64,000 nt of DNA from a virus (IMGVR_UViG_3300020577_010873:1-64000); one strand, 5' to 3'; positions 54,453 to 63,840 are shown, counted from the first letter of the stretch. The notes: generated from the letters alone by a model not told the origin. Numbers and translations are program-made.

Positions 54453-54890
54453 ATGAACGTCAACATCTGCATCATCGGCGGACGACTCACGCGAGACCCC
54501 GAGCTTCGGTTCACGCCCAAGGGAGTGGCCATCGCAAACTTCGGCATCGCCACGAGTCGGAAGTTCAAAAAGGACGACGGCTCCGAGAACGAGGAGACGC
54601 TGTTCCTTGACGTCACGGCCTTCCAGAAGCAGGCCGAACTCGTCGGCCAGCACTTCAAGAAAGGCAGCCCGATCTTCATCAAGGGACGCCTGAAGCTCGA
54701 CCAGTGGGACGACAAGTCCACCGGGGCGAAGCGCACCAAGATCAGCCTCTTGATGGAGGAGTTCCAGTTCGTGGGCGGCAAGCGCGAGGAGTCTGACCCT
54801 GGCGCCGCACCCGCATCGCGAACGCAACCGAAGCCTACGACATCGCCGAATCCGGACGCGGCTGGTGAGCCGGACGATTGTCCTTTTTGA
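54453..54890 (+). CDS. ssb: Single-stranded DNA-binding protein
   Basis: GRLTRDPELRFTPKG...; acidic C-terminus DDCPF. Confidence 0.95.
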   Translation: MNVNICIIGGRLTRDPELRFTPKGVAIANFGIATSRKFKKDDGSENEETLFLDVTAFQKQAELVGQHFKKGSPIFIKGRLKLDQWDDKSTGAKRTKISLLMEEFQFVGGKREESDPGAAPASRTQPKPTTSPNPDAAGEPDDCPF

Positions 54891-54893
54891 TCC

Positions 54894-55375
54894 ATGAAGC
54901 GTTGTTTCAAATGCGGCAATACTTTGCCGTTAGACGACTTCTACAGCCATCCACAGATGGCAGATGGCAGACTTGGCAAGTGCAAGGCATGCACCAAAAC
55001 GGACGTTGCCAATCGCGTTTCAATACTCAAAGCCGATCCGGCGGGGTTGCCCAAGAGCGGGCGCGCTGTCGCGCCAAACAACTCGCGTATCGCATGATCG
55101 GAAAGGTGACGCTGTCACCGGGCGCGCAAGCGAGATGGTCCATCAAGTATCCCGAAAAACGCATGGCTCAACAGCAGGCACGCCGGGCGCTGTTGTCTGG
55201 CCGTATTCAGCGCAAGACCTCCTGCGAGCACTGCGGTTATGCGGGGAAGTTGCAAATGCACCACCCCGACTACTCGAAACCACTTGAAGTCGTCTTCCTG
55301 TGTACCAAGTGCCACGGGAAGGCTCATTGGAAAGACAACCAACCCCAAAACCCATGGCATCCAAGAACACACTGA
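54894..55375 (+). pseudogene. HNH endonuclease with one apparent -1 frameshift near 55048
   Basis: CFKCG/CKAC N-terminus in one frame; CEHCG...HHPDYSKPLEVVFLCTKCH in another. Confidence 0.7.
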
Positions 55376-55629
55376 AACTCCGTGCCGAGCTTCCTCGGCT
55401 TCACCCCACCCCGCTCGGCGAGTACCTCTGCTCCACCCAAGGCGAGTGGCGTCGGGACAAGAGTAAGAAGGACATCGTGTCCCGCGACGGGCGCGAGTAC
55501 CGGCTGCTCGATTCGGGCCAACTGATCCGGCTGGACCGAGCGCCGCGCGAACGTGGGTTGAAGCCGCACCCGCGCCGACCCAAGTCTGGCAACTCCATGT
55601 TGTTCGGACGGACCCGACTCAAGCACTGA
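55354..55629 (+). CDS. Hypothetical basic protein
   Basis: A/C-rich leader; ORF. Confidence 0.55.
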   Translation: MASKNTLKLRAELPRLHPTPLGEYLCSTQGEWRRDKSKKDIVSRDGREYRLLDSGQLIRLDRAPRERGLKPHPRRPKSGNSMLFGRTRLKH

Positions 55630-55656
55630 CTTCCAACCCAACCCTAAATCCCAACC

Positions 55657-56085
55657 ATGAAAGAGATCACCGAGCAGGAGTTCCACAGTCACCTTGAACA
55701 CGGGGCGGCGATTGAGCACGCGACCAAAACCATCATGCGCGACCCGACCGTTCTGTATCGGAGAGGCGACATATCGACCTGCGCCGAATGGGTGTTCGAG
55801 TGCTACGTCGAGAAACGAACGCAGGAGCGATGGATGCGGGCGGACAAGTGGAAGGAGTGGACCAAGCGCATGTCGTCTTCGTACAAGCAGTCGAAGATTC
55901 GCCGCGCCGAGCAGAAGCAGCGCATCCTTCGTCCGGCTTTCGGCTTCATCTACGCGGTGAAGCGATACCTCGCCCGTGGCATGACGACTGCGCAGATCGC
56001 GGACATGACGCAGAAGCCGGAGTCGGAGGTGATCGCCGCCCGCAACGTCTTCAACCGGGATTTCTCCCAACCTCAACCCAAGTAA
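55657..56085 (+). CDS. Hypothetical protein with a C-terminal HTH
   Basis: GMTTAQIADMTQKPESEV. Confidence 0.65.
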   Translation: MKEITEQEFHSHLEHGAAIEHATKTIMRDPTVLYRRGDISTCAEWVFECYVEKRTQERWMRADKWKEWTKRMSSSYKQSKIRRAEQKQRILRPAFGFIYAVKRYLARGMTTAQIADMTQKPESEVIAARNVFNRDFSQPQPK

Positions 56086-56112
56086 CCCACACCCAACCCA
56101 AACCCAAAAACC

Positions 56113-56784
56113 ATGAATCAGAAGATCGAAAAGAAACCCATCAGGCACGAGTTCACCAAGGAAGAACTCCTACGCCTGGGCGAGCAACTGTCGGCCGCTC
56201 TGTCGGACTACCGGGCGATCGACAACGAGTTCACCAGCATCAAGTCGCAGTACAAGTCGCGCCTCGACACGAAGGAAGCCGAGGCCGCGTTGTTCGGAGA
56301 CAAGATCCAGTCGAAGTTCGAAATGCGCGAGATGAGCGTCTTCGCCGTCTACCGGGCGAAGGACGGCCTGAAGGACTACTACGCCGAGGGCGTGGACCCG
56401 AAGGCCAAGGACGCGGTGGTGCTGCTGACCGAGACCATGGATCCCAGCGACTACCAAGTCGAGCTGATCCAGAACAAGGCGCAGTTCGAGAACGTGGTAG
56501 AGATCAACCTGTGGCCGATCGCGGAGGAGTCGTACGGCAAGCTCTGCCTCGGTCGACACGAGGGCCAGTGGTACACCGCGCTGGACCTGCGGGTGGGCGG
56601 CAACTCCATCTCGGAGCGCCTGGACGTGGAAGGCCATTCGTACAAGCAGCGTAAGGACGCGGTGGCCAAGGGTGGGAAGCGGGCGAAGGAGTGGCTGCTC
56701 CGCGAGTTGGGCAAGGAAACGGCCAAGGGCTTCGAGAACGCCATCCGCGACGCCGTGGAGTCGCAGAAGGAGGTGGTGGAGTGA
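56113..56784 (+). CDS. Hypothetical protein
   Basis: 223-aa ORF with a strong A/C leader. Confidence 0.7.
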   Translation: MNQKIEKKPIRHEFTKEELLRLGEQLSAALSDYRAIDNEFTSIKSQYKSRLDTKEAEAALFGDKIQSKFEMREMSVFAVYRAKDGLKDYYAEGVDPKAKDAVVLLTETMDPSDYQVELIQNKAQFENVVEINLWPIAEESYGKLCLGRHEGQWYTALDLRVGGNSISERLDVEGHSYKQRKDAVAKGGKRAKEWLLRELGKETAKGFENAIRDAVESQKEVVE

Positions 56785-57545
56785 GCACCGAGACCACCGC
56801 CATCGTCCTCAGCGGGTTCGACGAACCGAAACTCGCGATGGACAGTCAGTTCGCCGAGGCCAAGGCCCAGGCGCTCGAACGCGCCAGGGGTATCGGCGCC
56901 GTCGAAAGCCCCATGCAACAGGGGTTCGCCACCGAAGTCCTGTCCGGACTGAACTCGATGATCCGAACGATCGAGAAGTCCCGCAAGGACGTGAAGGAAC
57001 GACCGTTCGAACTGTGCAAGCGCATCGACGCCATCGCCCGTCAGGCGTCGTCGGACCTCGAGCTCGCAGCCCGGGACATCAGCCTGAAGCTCGGGGCGTA
57101 CCAGAAGAAGCTGGACGACGAGGCTGCCCGTCTCCGCCGGGTGGAACAGGAGCGACTTGCGGAGATCGAGCGACAGAAGCAGGCGGAGATTGCCCGAGCC
57201 GCGGCTGAGGCTGCGGAGGAGGCGAAGAACAAGACGGCGGAGGAGGTTCGTCAGGCCGTCACCAAGGCCACGCAGGCGGTGGTGGAGGCAGCCCAAGTGG
57301 CGACTCAGAACGTGCTCTGCCAGAACCTCGCGGCGACGGTGCCGCGCAAGGTCGAAGGTCAGGTGGTGCGCCGGCCGTGGAAGTACGAGGTCGTGGACAT
57401 CCGCGCCCTCTACGCCGCCCGACCCGACCTCGTCACGCTCTCCGAGAAAGCATCGGAGATCAACTCGCTCATCCGCGGCGACGACGGACTGCGCGAAATC
57501 CCGGGCCTCCGCATCTTCCAGGCCGTGGAGGTCTCGACACGATGA
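56781..57545 (+). CDS. Coiled-coil protein, Gam/Gp157-like
   Basis: GTGA overlap; IEKSRKDVKERP...WKYEVVD...IPGLRIF pattern. Confidence 0.6.
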   Translation: MSTETTAIVLSGFDEPKLAMDSQFAEAKAQALERARGIGAVESPMQQGFATEVLSGLNSMIRTIEKSRKDVKERPFELCKRIDAIARQASSDLELAARDISLKLGAYQKKLDDEAARLRRVEQERLAEIERQKQAEIARAAAEAAEEAKNKTAEEVRQAVTKATQAVVEAAQVATQNVLCQNLAATVPRKVEGQVVRRPWKYEVVDIRALYAARPDLVTLSEKASEINSLIRGDDGLREIPGLRIFQAVEVSTR

Positions 57546-57814
57546 ACCCGATGACACTAGATGCGGAAATGGTCGTCGCGGCGTACGCGCAGTGGTTCGT
57601 TGTTTCGGCCATCTGTTGGTCCATCGCTTCACTGGCTGCCCTGTTTTTTGGATTCGGCGTGGCCACCACCAAGGATGCGGATGAACACGCTATCGTCTTT
57701 GGGTTAGTGATCCTTGTCATGGGGGTGATTGGCCTGTGCCACAACCTCCCAACGGCTATTCATCCACGGGGATACGCCATACACCAACTCATCACGGACA
57801 CTCACTCCAAATGA
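57542..57814 (+). CDS. Two-TM membrane protein
   Basis: Two hydrophobic segments. Confidence 0.65.
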   Translation: MNPMTLDAEMVVAAYAQWFVVSAICWSIASLAALFFGFGVATTKDADEHAIVFGLVILVMGVIGLCHNLPTAIHPRGYAIHQLITDTHSK

Positions 57815-58143
57815 GCGCCCGCCAACCCAGTACCCTCGAACGCGACTTCATGTTCCGCTGGCGGGCAATCAACGGCCCGGCGTACGAACCGGAGTTCAAG
57901 TTCCATCCCGAACGACGGTGGCGATTCGACTTCGCCTTCCCCAAGGCCAAGGTCGCGATCGAACTCGAAGGGGGGCACTGGACCAACGGTCGCCACACCC
58001 GCGGCTCCGGATTCGAAGCCGACTGCTCCAAGTACAACGAGGCGGCGCTGGCCGGCTGGACCGTCTTCCGGCTGACCAGCGGCCTCATCCCTCTGCCGTA
58101 CCTCGAACGTATTGCGTTGCACATCAAGTGCAGGACGCCGTAA
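57811..58143 (+). CDS. PD-(D/E)XK (Vsr/DUF559-like) endonuclease, resolvase candidate
   Basis: EFKFHPERRWRFDFA...AIELEGG...KYNEAALAGW. Confidence 0.85.
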   Translation: MSARQPSTLERDFMFRWRAINGPAYEPEFKFHPERRWRFDFAFPKAKVAIELEGGHWTNGRHTRGSGFEADCSKYNEAALAGWTVFRLTSGLIPLPYLERIALHIKCRTP

Positions 58144-58155
58144 CTGAACCACGCA

Positions 58156-58824
58156 ATGCTCTCCGACCCCAAATCCTCCACGGAGACCGTCCAAGTAGGC
58201 CAATGCACACTCATCCACGGTGATGCGCTTCAATGCCTTCCCGTTCAGGCGAACGTCGTAATCACGGATCCGGTGTGGCCAAACTGCCCACCCGGCTTGC
58301 TCGCCGGATCCGACGGCCTTCAACACGGATTGCTCTACGGAGCCCTGGCGGCGATGGACGGCGCCAGGACGTGGGTGGTGATTCTTGGTTTCGACTCTGA
58401 TCCCAGGTGGCTGAACCGGGCGGTCCCTTCGAATAAGCCGTTCATCAGAACACAGTCGTTGCCGTACGCCGTTCCAGGCTATCGAGGTAGACTGCTTGGT
58501 GGAGACGAGATTGCGTACGCGTTCGGAGCCATCCCTCCGGGTCGCGGCCTGATACCTGGGAGGGTTACGACGGAAGTTAAGCCCAAGTCGAAGCGCAAAG
58601 TGAACCACCCTTGCCCGCGAAGCCCGGTTCACATGGCGGCTTTGGTGCGGTGGTGGTCGGTGGACACCGATACGGTTTTGGACCCGTTCATGGGATCCGG
58701 AACCACTGGCATCGCCTGCGTGCGTGGTGCTCGACGGTTTATCGGAATCGAGCGCGACGCCACCCATTTCGCAACAGCCGTCGACCGCATTCGCCGCGAG
58801 GTTTCACAAGGAAGGCTTCTATGA
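58156..58824 (+). CDS. Beta-class N4/N6 DNA methyltransferase
   Basis: Motif IV variant DPVW; motif I VLDPFMGSGTTG; FIGIE. Confidence 0.85.
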   Translation: MLSDPKSSTETVQVGQCTLIHGDALQCLPVQANVVITDPVWPNCPPGLLAGSDGLQHGLLYGALAAMDGARTWVVILGFDSDPRWLNRAVPSNKPFIRTQSLPYAVPGYRGRLLGGDEIAYAFGAIPPGRGLIPGRVTTEVKPKSKRKVNHPCPRSPVHMAALVRWWSVDTDTVLDPFMGSGTTGIACVRGARRFIGIERDATHFATAVDRIRREVSQGRLL

Positions 58825-60017
58825 GAATCCGCACCATCAAGCCGGAGTTTTGGACGGACTCCCTAATGGTATCCATGCCGAGGGATGTCCGATTGCTCTA
58901 CATAGGGCTGTGGAATGTGTCCGATGATCACGGGTGGCTCCCTGACGACGCCAACCAAATCAAGATGCTCCTATTCCCTGGCGACCCCGACGCAAAGGTG
59001 TCGCTCTGGTTGGAGACACTCATCGCCGCAGATAGGCTGGAAAGGTTCCTTACACCAGAAGGACGCACGGTGCTAAGAATCCCCCACTGGAAGGAGCACC
59101 AGCGAGTTGATCACCCATCGAATTCAAAGTTGGCTCGCGAGGGCTCGCGAAAGCTCGCGATACCTAACGAGGTTCGCCGAGGGGTTGCCAGGAAGTACGG
59201 ATGCTCTCCTGGGATGGAGATTGAGGCTGAGTGTTATTTCTGTGGAGCAAAGGGGTTGATCCACTGGTTCGATCAGCCGGCTGGGTGGGTTATTTTCCCG
59301 GATCTTGAGTTGGACCACTTTACTCCAGAAAGCTCTGGCGGAGATGGATCTGTGGAAAACATCGTGCTGTCTTGCAGGGCGTGCAATCGAGGTAGGCACG
59401 CCGCATCTCCGTTTGATTTTTTTGACAAGTTATCACTGAAATTCGCGAGGGCTCGCGAGGGCTCGCGCCTGAATGGATCAGGGAATGGATCAGGGATCAG
59501 GGATCAGGGATCTTCGTCTCCTCCGTACAATGAAGATCCTAAAGAGGAGCAGCCCGAGACGCCAAACGGTGACGTGACGGATGCGCTGAGGGCTGTCGAA
59601 GCCGTCTGGTCGGTCTGGCCGAAGAAGGTGAAGACGCTGGAGGCGAAGATGGCGATTCGGACGGCCATCGCCCGGGACGGGCTGGATGTGGTTCTGTCCG
59701 GAACCAAGGCGATTGTCGCGGCCCACGGGCATCAGGGTCCGACCCCCGGGCGATTCCTCCCCGACCCCGTCCTGTTCTTCGGCAACTCCCGCTACCTCGA
59801 CGACCCGGCGCAGTACGCCCCACGGGAGGCCGTGCAGTCCAAGGCATCGGTCATGGCCGAGATCAAGCTGTTGGAGGAGGCCTACGCCAAACATCCGGCA
59901 AACCCCCCTGCCGCCGGCTACATCCGCGAGAACGTGACCCAGGCCATGCGGGACGAACTTGAGGCCCTTCGCCAGAAGCTCGCGAAGGCAAAAGCCGCTC
60001 TCTCCACCCTCGGATGA
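58821..60017 (+). CDS. Replication initiator with an inserted HNH domain
   Basis: MRIRTIKPEFWTD N-terminus; CYFC...LDHFTP...NIVLSCRACN; WPKKV C-terminal domain; upstream of dnaB. Confidence 0.85.
   Translation: MRIRTIKPEFWTDSLMVSMPRDVRLLYIGLWNVSDDHGWLPDDANQIKMLLFPGDPDAKVSLWLETLIAADRLERFLTPEGRTVLRIPHWKEHQRVDHPSNSKLAREGSRKLAIPNEVRRGVARKYGCSPGMEIEAECYFCGAKGLIHWFDQPAGWVIFPDLELDHFTPESSGGDGSVENIVLSCRACNRGRHAASPFDFFDKLSLKFARAREGSRLNGSGNGSGIRDQGSSSPPYNEDPKEEQPETPNGDVTDALRAVEAVWSVWPKKVKTLEAKMAIRTAIARDGLDVVLSGTKAIVAAHGHQGPTPGRFLPDPVLFFGNSRYLDDPAQYAPREAVQSKASVMAEIKLLEEAYAKHPANPPAAGYIRENVTQAMRDELEALRQKLAKAKAALSTLG
59131..59512 (+). repeat. Iteron-like repeats, probable replication origin
   Basis: Two arrays of three 10-bp TCGCG(A/C)-core units (59131-59160, 59441-59470) and GATCAGG x4 (59476-59508). 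Confidence 0.55.
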
Positions 60018-60071
60018 GGTCAGGACGCTCCCAGCGAAGCCCCTGACCCCTACGTCTTGCGTTTACCACAC

Positions 60072-61466
60072 ATGTCTGACGCCAAAAAACAGCCCTCGGG
60101 CCCCCTGGACCGCCTGCCGCCCCACTCGGAGGAGGCCGAGCGGGGGATTTTGGGGTGCCTCATGACCGACCCGTGGGTGGCCTTCCCCGAGGCGACCCGG
60201 GCGGTTCCCCGGCTGGACGCGACGATTTTCTACGACCTCCGGCATCAGGCGATCTTCGCCGCCCTGGTTTCGATGTACGACCAGTCGATGCCGATCGACC
60301 TGATCACGGTGCAGCAGCGGTTGCGGGAGCACGGGCAGTTGGAGGCCGTGGGCGGTCTGACCTACCTGAACCAGATCCTCGACTGCATCCCCTCGGCTTC
60401 GAACATCGGCTACTACCTCGAAATCGCGGTGGAGAAGCAGAAGACCCGCCGGGTGATCCAAGTCTGTTCCGCCGCGGTGTGCAGGGCCTACGAGGAGGCG
60501 TCGGAGGTTGAGACGGTCATCCACGACGTGGAGAGCGAGATCCTGAAGATCAAGGACGGGCAGGCCACGGAGTTCGTCCGGGGCGCCCGGCTGTCCGAAC
60601 TGGTGATGAACCGGATCGACCGGGAGCACAACGACCAGCGCACCGGGATTTTCAGCGGCCTCGGGGACTTGGACCGGCTGACCGGCGGGTGGCAGGAGGG
60701 TGAGATCGTGGTGCTCGCCGGTCGTCCGGCGGCGGGAAAGACCGCCCTGGCGCTCCAGATCGCGCTCCACAACGCGGTCGAACTCGGGATTCCCGTTGGA
60801 ATCTTCTCCCTGGAGATGATGGCCGAAGCCCTGGGCATCCGGATGACCGCGAACTTGGCGGACGTGGACTCCCGGGCGGCGAGGGACCACCTGCTGGACG
60901 AGCGGGACATCCCGAAGCTGGTCAACGCGGTGGGGCGACTCAGGGACTCGAAGCTGGTGATCGACGAGAACAGCGACCACGACATCCGGAGCATCAGGGC
61001 CGCGGCCCGACGTATGGCCCACGACGACCACGTGAAGCTCCTGATCGTCGACTACGTGCAACTCGTGGGCGGGGTGTCGCGCAAGGCCGCGGACAACCGT
61101 CAGGCGGAGGTGGCGGAGGTGTCGACCGGGCTGAAGCGCATGGCCAAGGAACTCCGGATCCCCGTGATCGTCCTAGCCCAACTCAACCGTGAGGCGGAGA
61201 AGCGGGATGGCAAGCCCCGCATGTCCGACCTGAACGAGAGCGGGCGCATCGAGGCCGACGCGTCGTTTGTGGGGATTCTCTACCGCGCCACCCAGGACCC
61301 GGTGAAGCAGGAGGAGGAGAACATCCGGAAGATCGTTCCGGTGAACATGTTCGTTCCGAAACAGCGCGAGGGCGACTCGGGGAACGACGTGCGCTTGGTC
61401 TTCCACAAGCGGGTCCAACGATTCACCGGAGCGGCGAAGGTTTCGGACGAGGACATCCCACGATGA
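60072..61466 (+). CDS. dnaB: Replicative DNA helicase
   Basis: LPPHSEEAE, AGRPAAGKT, IVDYVQL, LAQLNRE, ESGRIEADA. Confidence 0.95.
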   Translation: MSDAKKQPSGPLDRLPPHSEEAERGILGCLMTDPWVAFPEATRAVPRLDATIFYDLRHQAIFAALVSMYDQSMPIDLITVQQRLREHGQLEAVGGLTYLNQILDCIPSASNIGYYLEIAVEKQKTRRVIQVCSAAVCRAYEEASEVETVIHDVESEILKIKDGQATEFVRGARLSELVMNRIDREHNDQRTGIFSGLGDLDRLTGGWQEGEIVVLAGRPAAGKTALALQIALHNAVELGIPVGIFSLEMMAEALGIRMTANLADVDSRAARDHLLDERDIPKLVNAVGRLRDSKLVIDENSDHDIRSIRAAARRMAHDDHVKLLIVDYVQLVGGVSRKAADNRQAEVAEVSTGLKRMAKELRIPVIVLAQLNREAEKRDGKPRMSDLNESGRIEADASFVGILYRATQDPVKQEEENIRKIVPVNMFVPKQREGDSGNDVRLVFHKRVQRFTGAAKVSDEDIPR

Positions 61467-61978
61467 ACGAGAACCAGATCATCCAGCGCATCATGGCCGA
61501 ACGGTATCGCCGTTCCACCGTGTGCCCGCGCTACACCCCGACCCGCTGGTGGGAGTGCGACGTGTTCGAACTGACGGAGGCCGGGTTCTTCCGCGAGTAC
61601 GAGGTGAAGATCAGCAAGGGAGACTTCGCGGCCGACCGCCTGAAGGACCGAACGGTCAGGCCATACGAATCCCACATGCCGAACGCCGCGCGTGAGACCA
61701 AGCACAGCCTGTTGGCCAACGGATCGACCGACGGCCAGGTTCAGTTCTGGTACGTCACGCCCGCGGAGTTGGTGGACGTGGATGAGATCCCCACCTGGGC
61801 CGGGCTGATATGGGTCCGGCAATCCCAGTGGGGAAACCTCGTGGAGATTCCGAGGCGACAAGCCCCACGCCTGCACAACCAGAAGGCGCCGTCGGTCGTC
61901 CGCAACCACCTTACCGGCATCTTCTACTACCGATTCCACGACGCGTTCCAAGCGGCGTTCAAACCCAAAACCCAATGA
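61463..61978 (+). CDS. MmcB-like PD-(D/E)XK protein
   Basis: ECDVF...EYEVKISKGDF...FWYVTP...WAGLI. Confidence 0.7.
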   Translation: MNENQIIQRIMAERYRRSTVCPRYTPTRWWECDVFELTEAGFFREYEVKISKGDFAADRLKDRTVRPYESHMPNAARETKHSLLANGSTDGQVQFWYVTPAELVDVDEIPTWAGLIWVRQSQWGNLVEIPRRQAPRLHNQKAPSVVRNHLTGIFYYRFHDAFQAAFKPKTQ

Positions 61979-62106
61979 AAAAATCCAAGGGCGAAATCAT
62001 CATCGACGCGGTGGTCAGGGCCGCGGCGATCAATCGAGTCATCGTCGGAATCGACGGAACCACAACCTTCGTGTGGGAGGCCAACTCCCCGGAGGTGAAG
62101 CCGTGA
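61975..62106 (+). CDS. 43-aa hypothetical protein
   Basis: ATGA-coupled start and GTGA-coupled end. Confidence 0.5.
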   Translation: MKKSKGEIIIDAVVRAAAINRVIVGIDGTTTFVWEANSPEVKP

Positions 62107-62381
62107 GTGCGCTGGAGCAACTGGCGAAGCGCATCCCGTTCAAAATGGTGATGCACATGAACTGCACCACGGTTCACTACCTCGACTACATCAACGAGCC
62201 ACTGAACCTCGCGTGTTGCATCACGACCAAGTACCGGAACGGAAAGCCGGGAAAGGCGGTTCGTGAATTTGGGATCAATGAGAAGAAGGCCAAGTCGTAC
62301 AAGACTCTGGACGCACTGCTCGAAGCTCACCCCGAAATCGCGAAGAAGGCGCAGGAGCTTTATCCGGAGGTGAAGCCGTGA
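62103..62381 (+). CDS. Hypothetical protein flanked by 19-bp direct repeats
   Basis: GTG start with GGAGG SD; coupled on both sides. Confidence 0.65.
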   Translation: MSALEQLAKRIPFKMVMHMNCTTVHYLDYINEPLNLACCITTKYRNGKPGKAVREFGINEKKAKSYKTLDALLEAHPEIAKKAQELYPEVKP

Positions 62382-62686
62382 GCCTCGCCATTGCCCAGTC
62401 CGCTTTCTCCCGCTGCGTCGAAGCCGCGTCCCGCGTCTGGTACATCTCGCCCGAGGCTATCACCAGCCAGCGGAGGTCCATGTGGGAGGTTGTCCCTCGC
62501 TTCGCCTGCTACCGATACCTCCGCGAACTCGGCTTCTCCTACACCGTCATCCGCGACGTGATGGAGCGAAAGGACCACGGGGCCGTGATGAACGGATGCG
62601 CGAAGTTCCAGCACATGCTCGAAACCGACCAGAAGATCCTCCGGCAGTGGGAGGAGTTCAAACGCCTGATCCAGCAAAACCCATGA
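62378..62686 (+). CDS. DnaA C-terminal (domain IV)-like DNA-binding protein
   Basis: ITSQRR...PRFACYRYLRELGFSYTVI...RKDHGAVMNG. Confidence 0.65.
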   Translation: MSLAIAQSAFSRCVEAASRVWYISPEAITSQRRSMWEVVPRFACYRYLRELGFSYTVIRDVMERKDHGAVMNGCAKFQHMLETDQKILRQWEEFKRLIQQNP

Positions 62687-63174
62687 AACCCGAAGACCTC
62701 GTCAAAGGCACACGCCTCATCAAGAAAGGCGTCCGACCGGAGCACCAGCGCCGGTACACCGTCGAACTCACGGCGAAGGAGCACTGGGGGCACCTGATGC
62801 TCTACCTCCGGAACGAAAGCACCCAGCAACTCAAGCACGTGAAGGTCCAGAACGTGCTGGAGAACTTCGAGTTGGCGGACGCTCGCGAGTCGGACGACCA
62901 GTACGTCCAGAAGCTCAAGGACCAACTCGAACGTGCGTGCCTCGATCGCGATGCGCTGAAGGCCGAACTCGCCGAACGCAACGCCACATCCGATGCCGAG
63001 ATCATTCAACGCCTTGGTGCGGACCTTGGCGCCGCTCAAGCCAGACTGGACAAGGCCATCTTGGACCGCGATGCCGAGCACCGCCTGCGCCTCGAAGCCG
63101 AGGCGTCGCTCCTCCGACTCCAGCGCGAGTTCGAGGCGTTCAAGGTCGGTGTCGCTCACATAATTGACGGATAA
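62683..63174 (+). CDS. Hypothetical coiled-coil protein
   Basis: ATGA overlap. Confidence 0.65.
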   Translation: MKPEDLVKGTRLIKKGVRPEHQRRYTVELTAKEHWGHLMLYLRNESTQQLKHVKVQNVLENFELADARESDDQYVQKLKDQLERACLDRDALKAELAERNATSDAEIIQRLGADLGAAQARLDKAILDRDAEHRLRLEAEASLLRLQREFEAFKVGVAHIIDG

Positions 63175-63177
63175 CTC

Positions 63178-63408
63178 ATGAAAACCTACTACATCGTGTT
63201 CGTGCGCCCCGTTGGGTCGTCCTGCTGGACCAGCGAGCGCATCGCAACCACCGAAGCCATGGCAGAGCAGTACGCCGAGGAGGAGCGAAACAGGAAGATC
63301 AGGTTCGCTGACGGCAGCGTCCATCTTCAATCGACGGCCATTGTCAGCGTCAATCTGCCGGACTCCCCCGATCGGTGGGTCAATGGCTATAACCTTGTCG
63401 ACGAATGA
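63178..63408 (+). CDS. Hypothetical protein
   Basis: ORF in a co-oriented run. Confidence 0.6.
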   Translation: MKTYYIVFVRPVGSSCWTSERIATTEAMAEQYAEEERNRKIRFADGSVHLQSTAIVSVNLPDSPDRWVNGYNLVDE

Positions 63409-63626
63409 AAACCCCCACGTACGAAACCGCGGAGTGCCCGCACTGCCGGCGCCAGTTCAAGCGCATCGCCAACGTCTCGCGCAAACGACGCTGCTGCTAC
63501 AGGTCGAAATGCCAAGCCATCGCAAAGCTCGGCCGCGAAAAACCCGTGTCGCTCGATTCCATCCCGAACTCCGGCGGCTCGTTCTTCCAACAGCAAAACC
63601 AGTATCACGGAGGGTTCACAACATGA
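63405..63626 (+). CDS. Small Zn-finger protein
   Basis: CPHC...CCYRSKC; ATGA overlap. Confidence 0.6.
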   Translation: MKTPTYETAECPHCRRQFKRIANVSRKRRCCYRSKCQAIAKLGREKPVSLDSIPNSGGSFFQQQNQYHGGFTT

Positions 63627-63726
63627 TGCGTCACCACATGATGCGCCAAGTGTTCGAAGCATTGCGCTCAGGCGAGCGCGTGGAGCAACTGCACGAGTGC
63701 TCATCCGAGAAGTGCAGCGCCCCGGC

Positions 63727-63840
63727 ATGGTCGAGGCCCTGACCATCGACTTCCTGGGCGTGCAGTACCGGGTCGCCTACTGGGACAACTCCGACCGAAA
63801 AACCGTCTGGCTCAAGGAAGACGAAATCGAACCGCGATGA
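63727..63840 (+). CDS. Small SH3-like phage protein (start uncertain)
   Basis: LTIDFLGVQYRVAYWD...WLKEDEI. Confidence 0.45.
   Translation: MVEALTIDFLGVQYRVAYWDNSDRKTVWLKEDEIEPR

Noticed and set aside
54860-54890. SSB tail DDCPF instead of DDIPF
   Set aside because: The essential terminal PF and acidic residues are kept; a single conservative change
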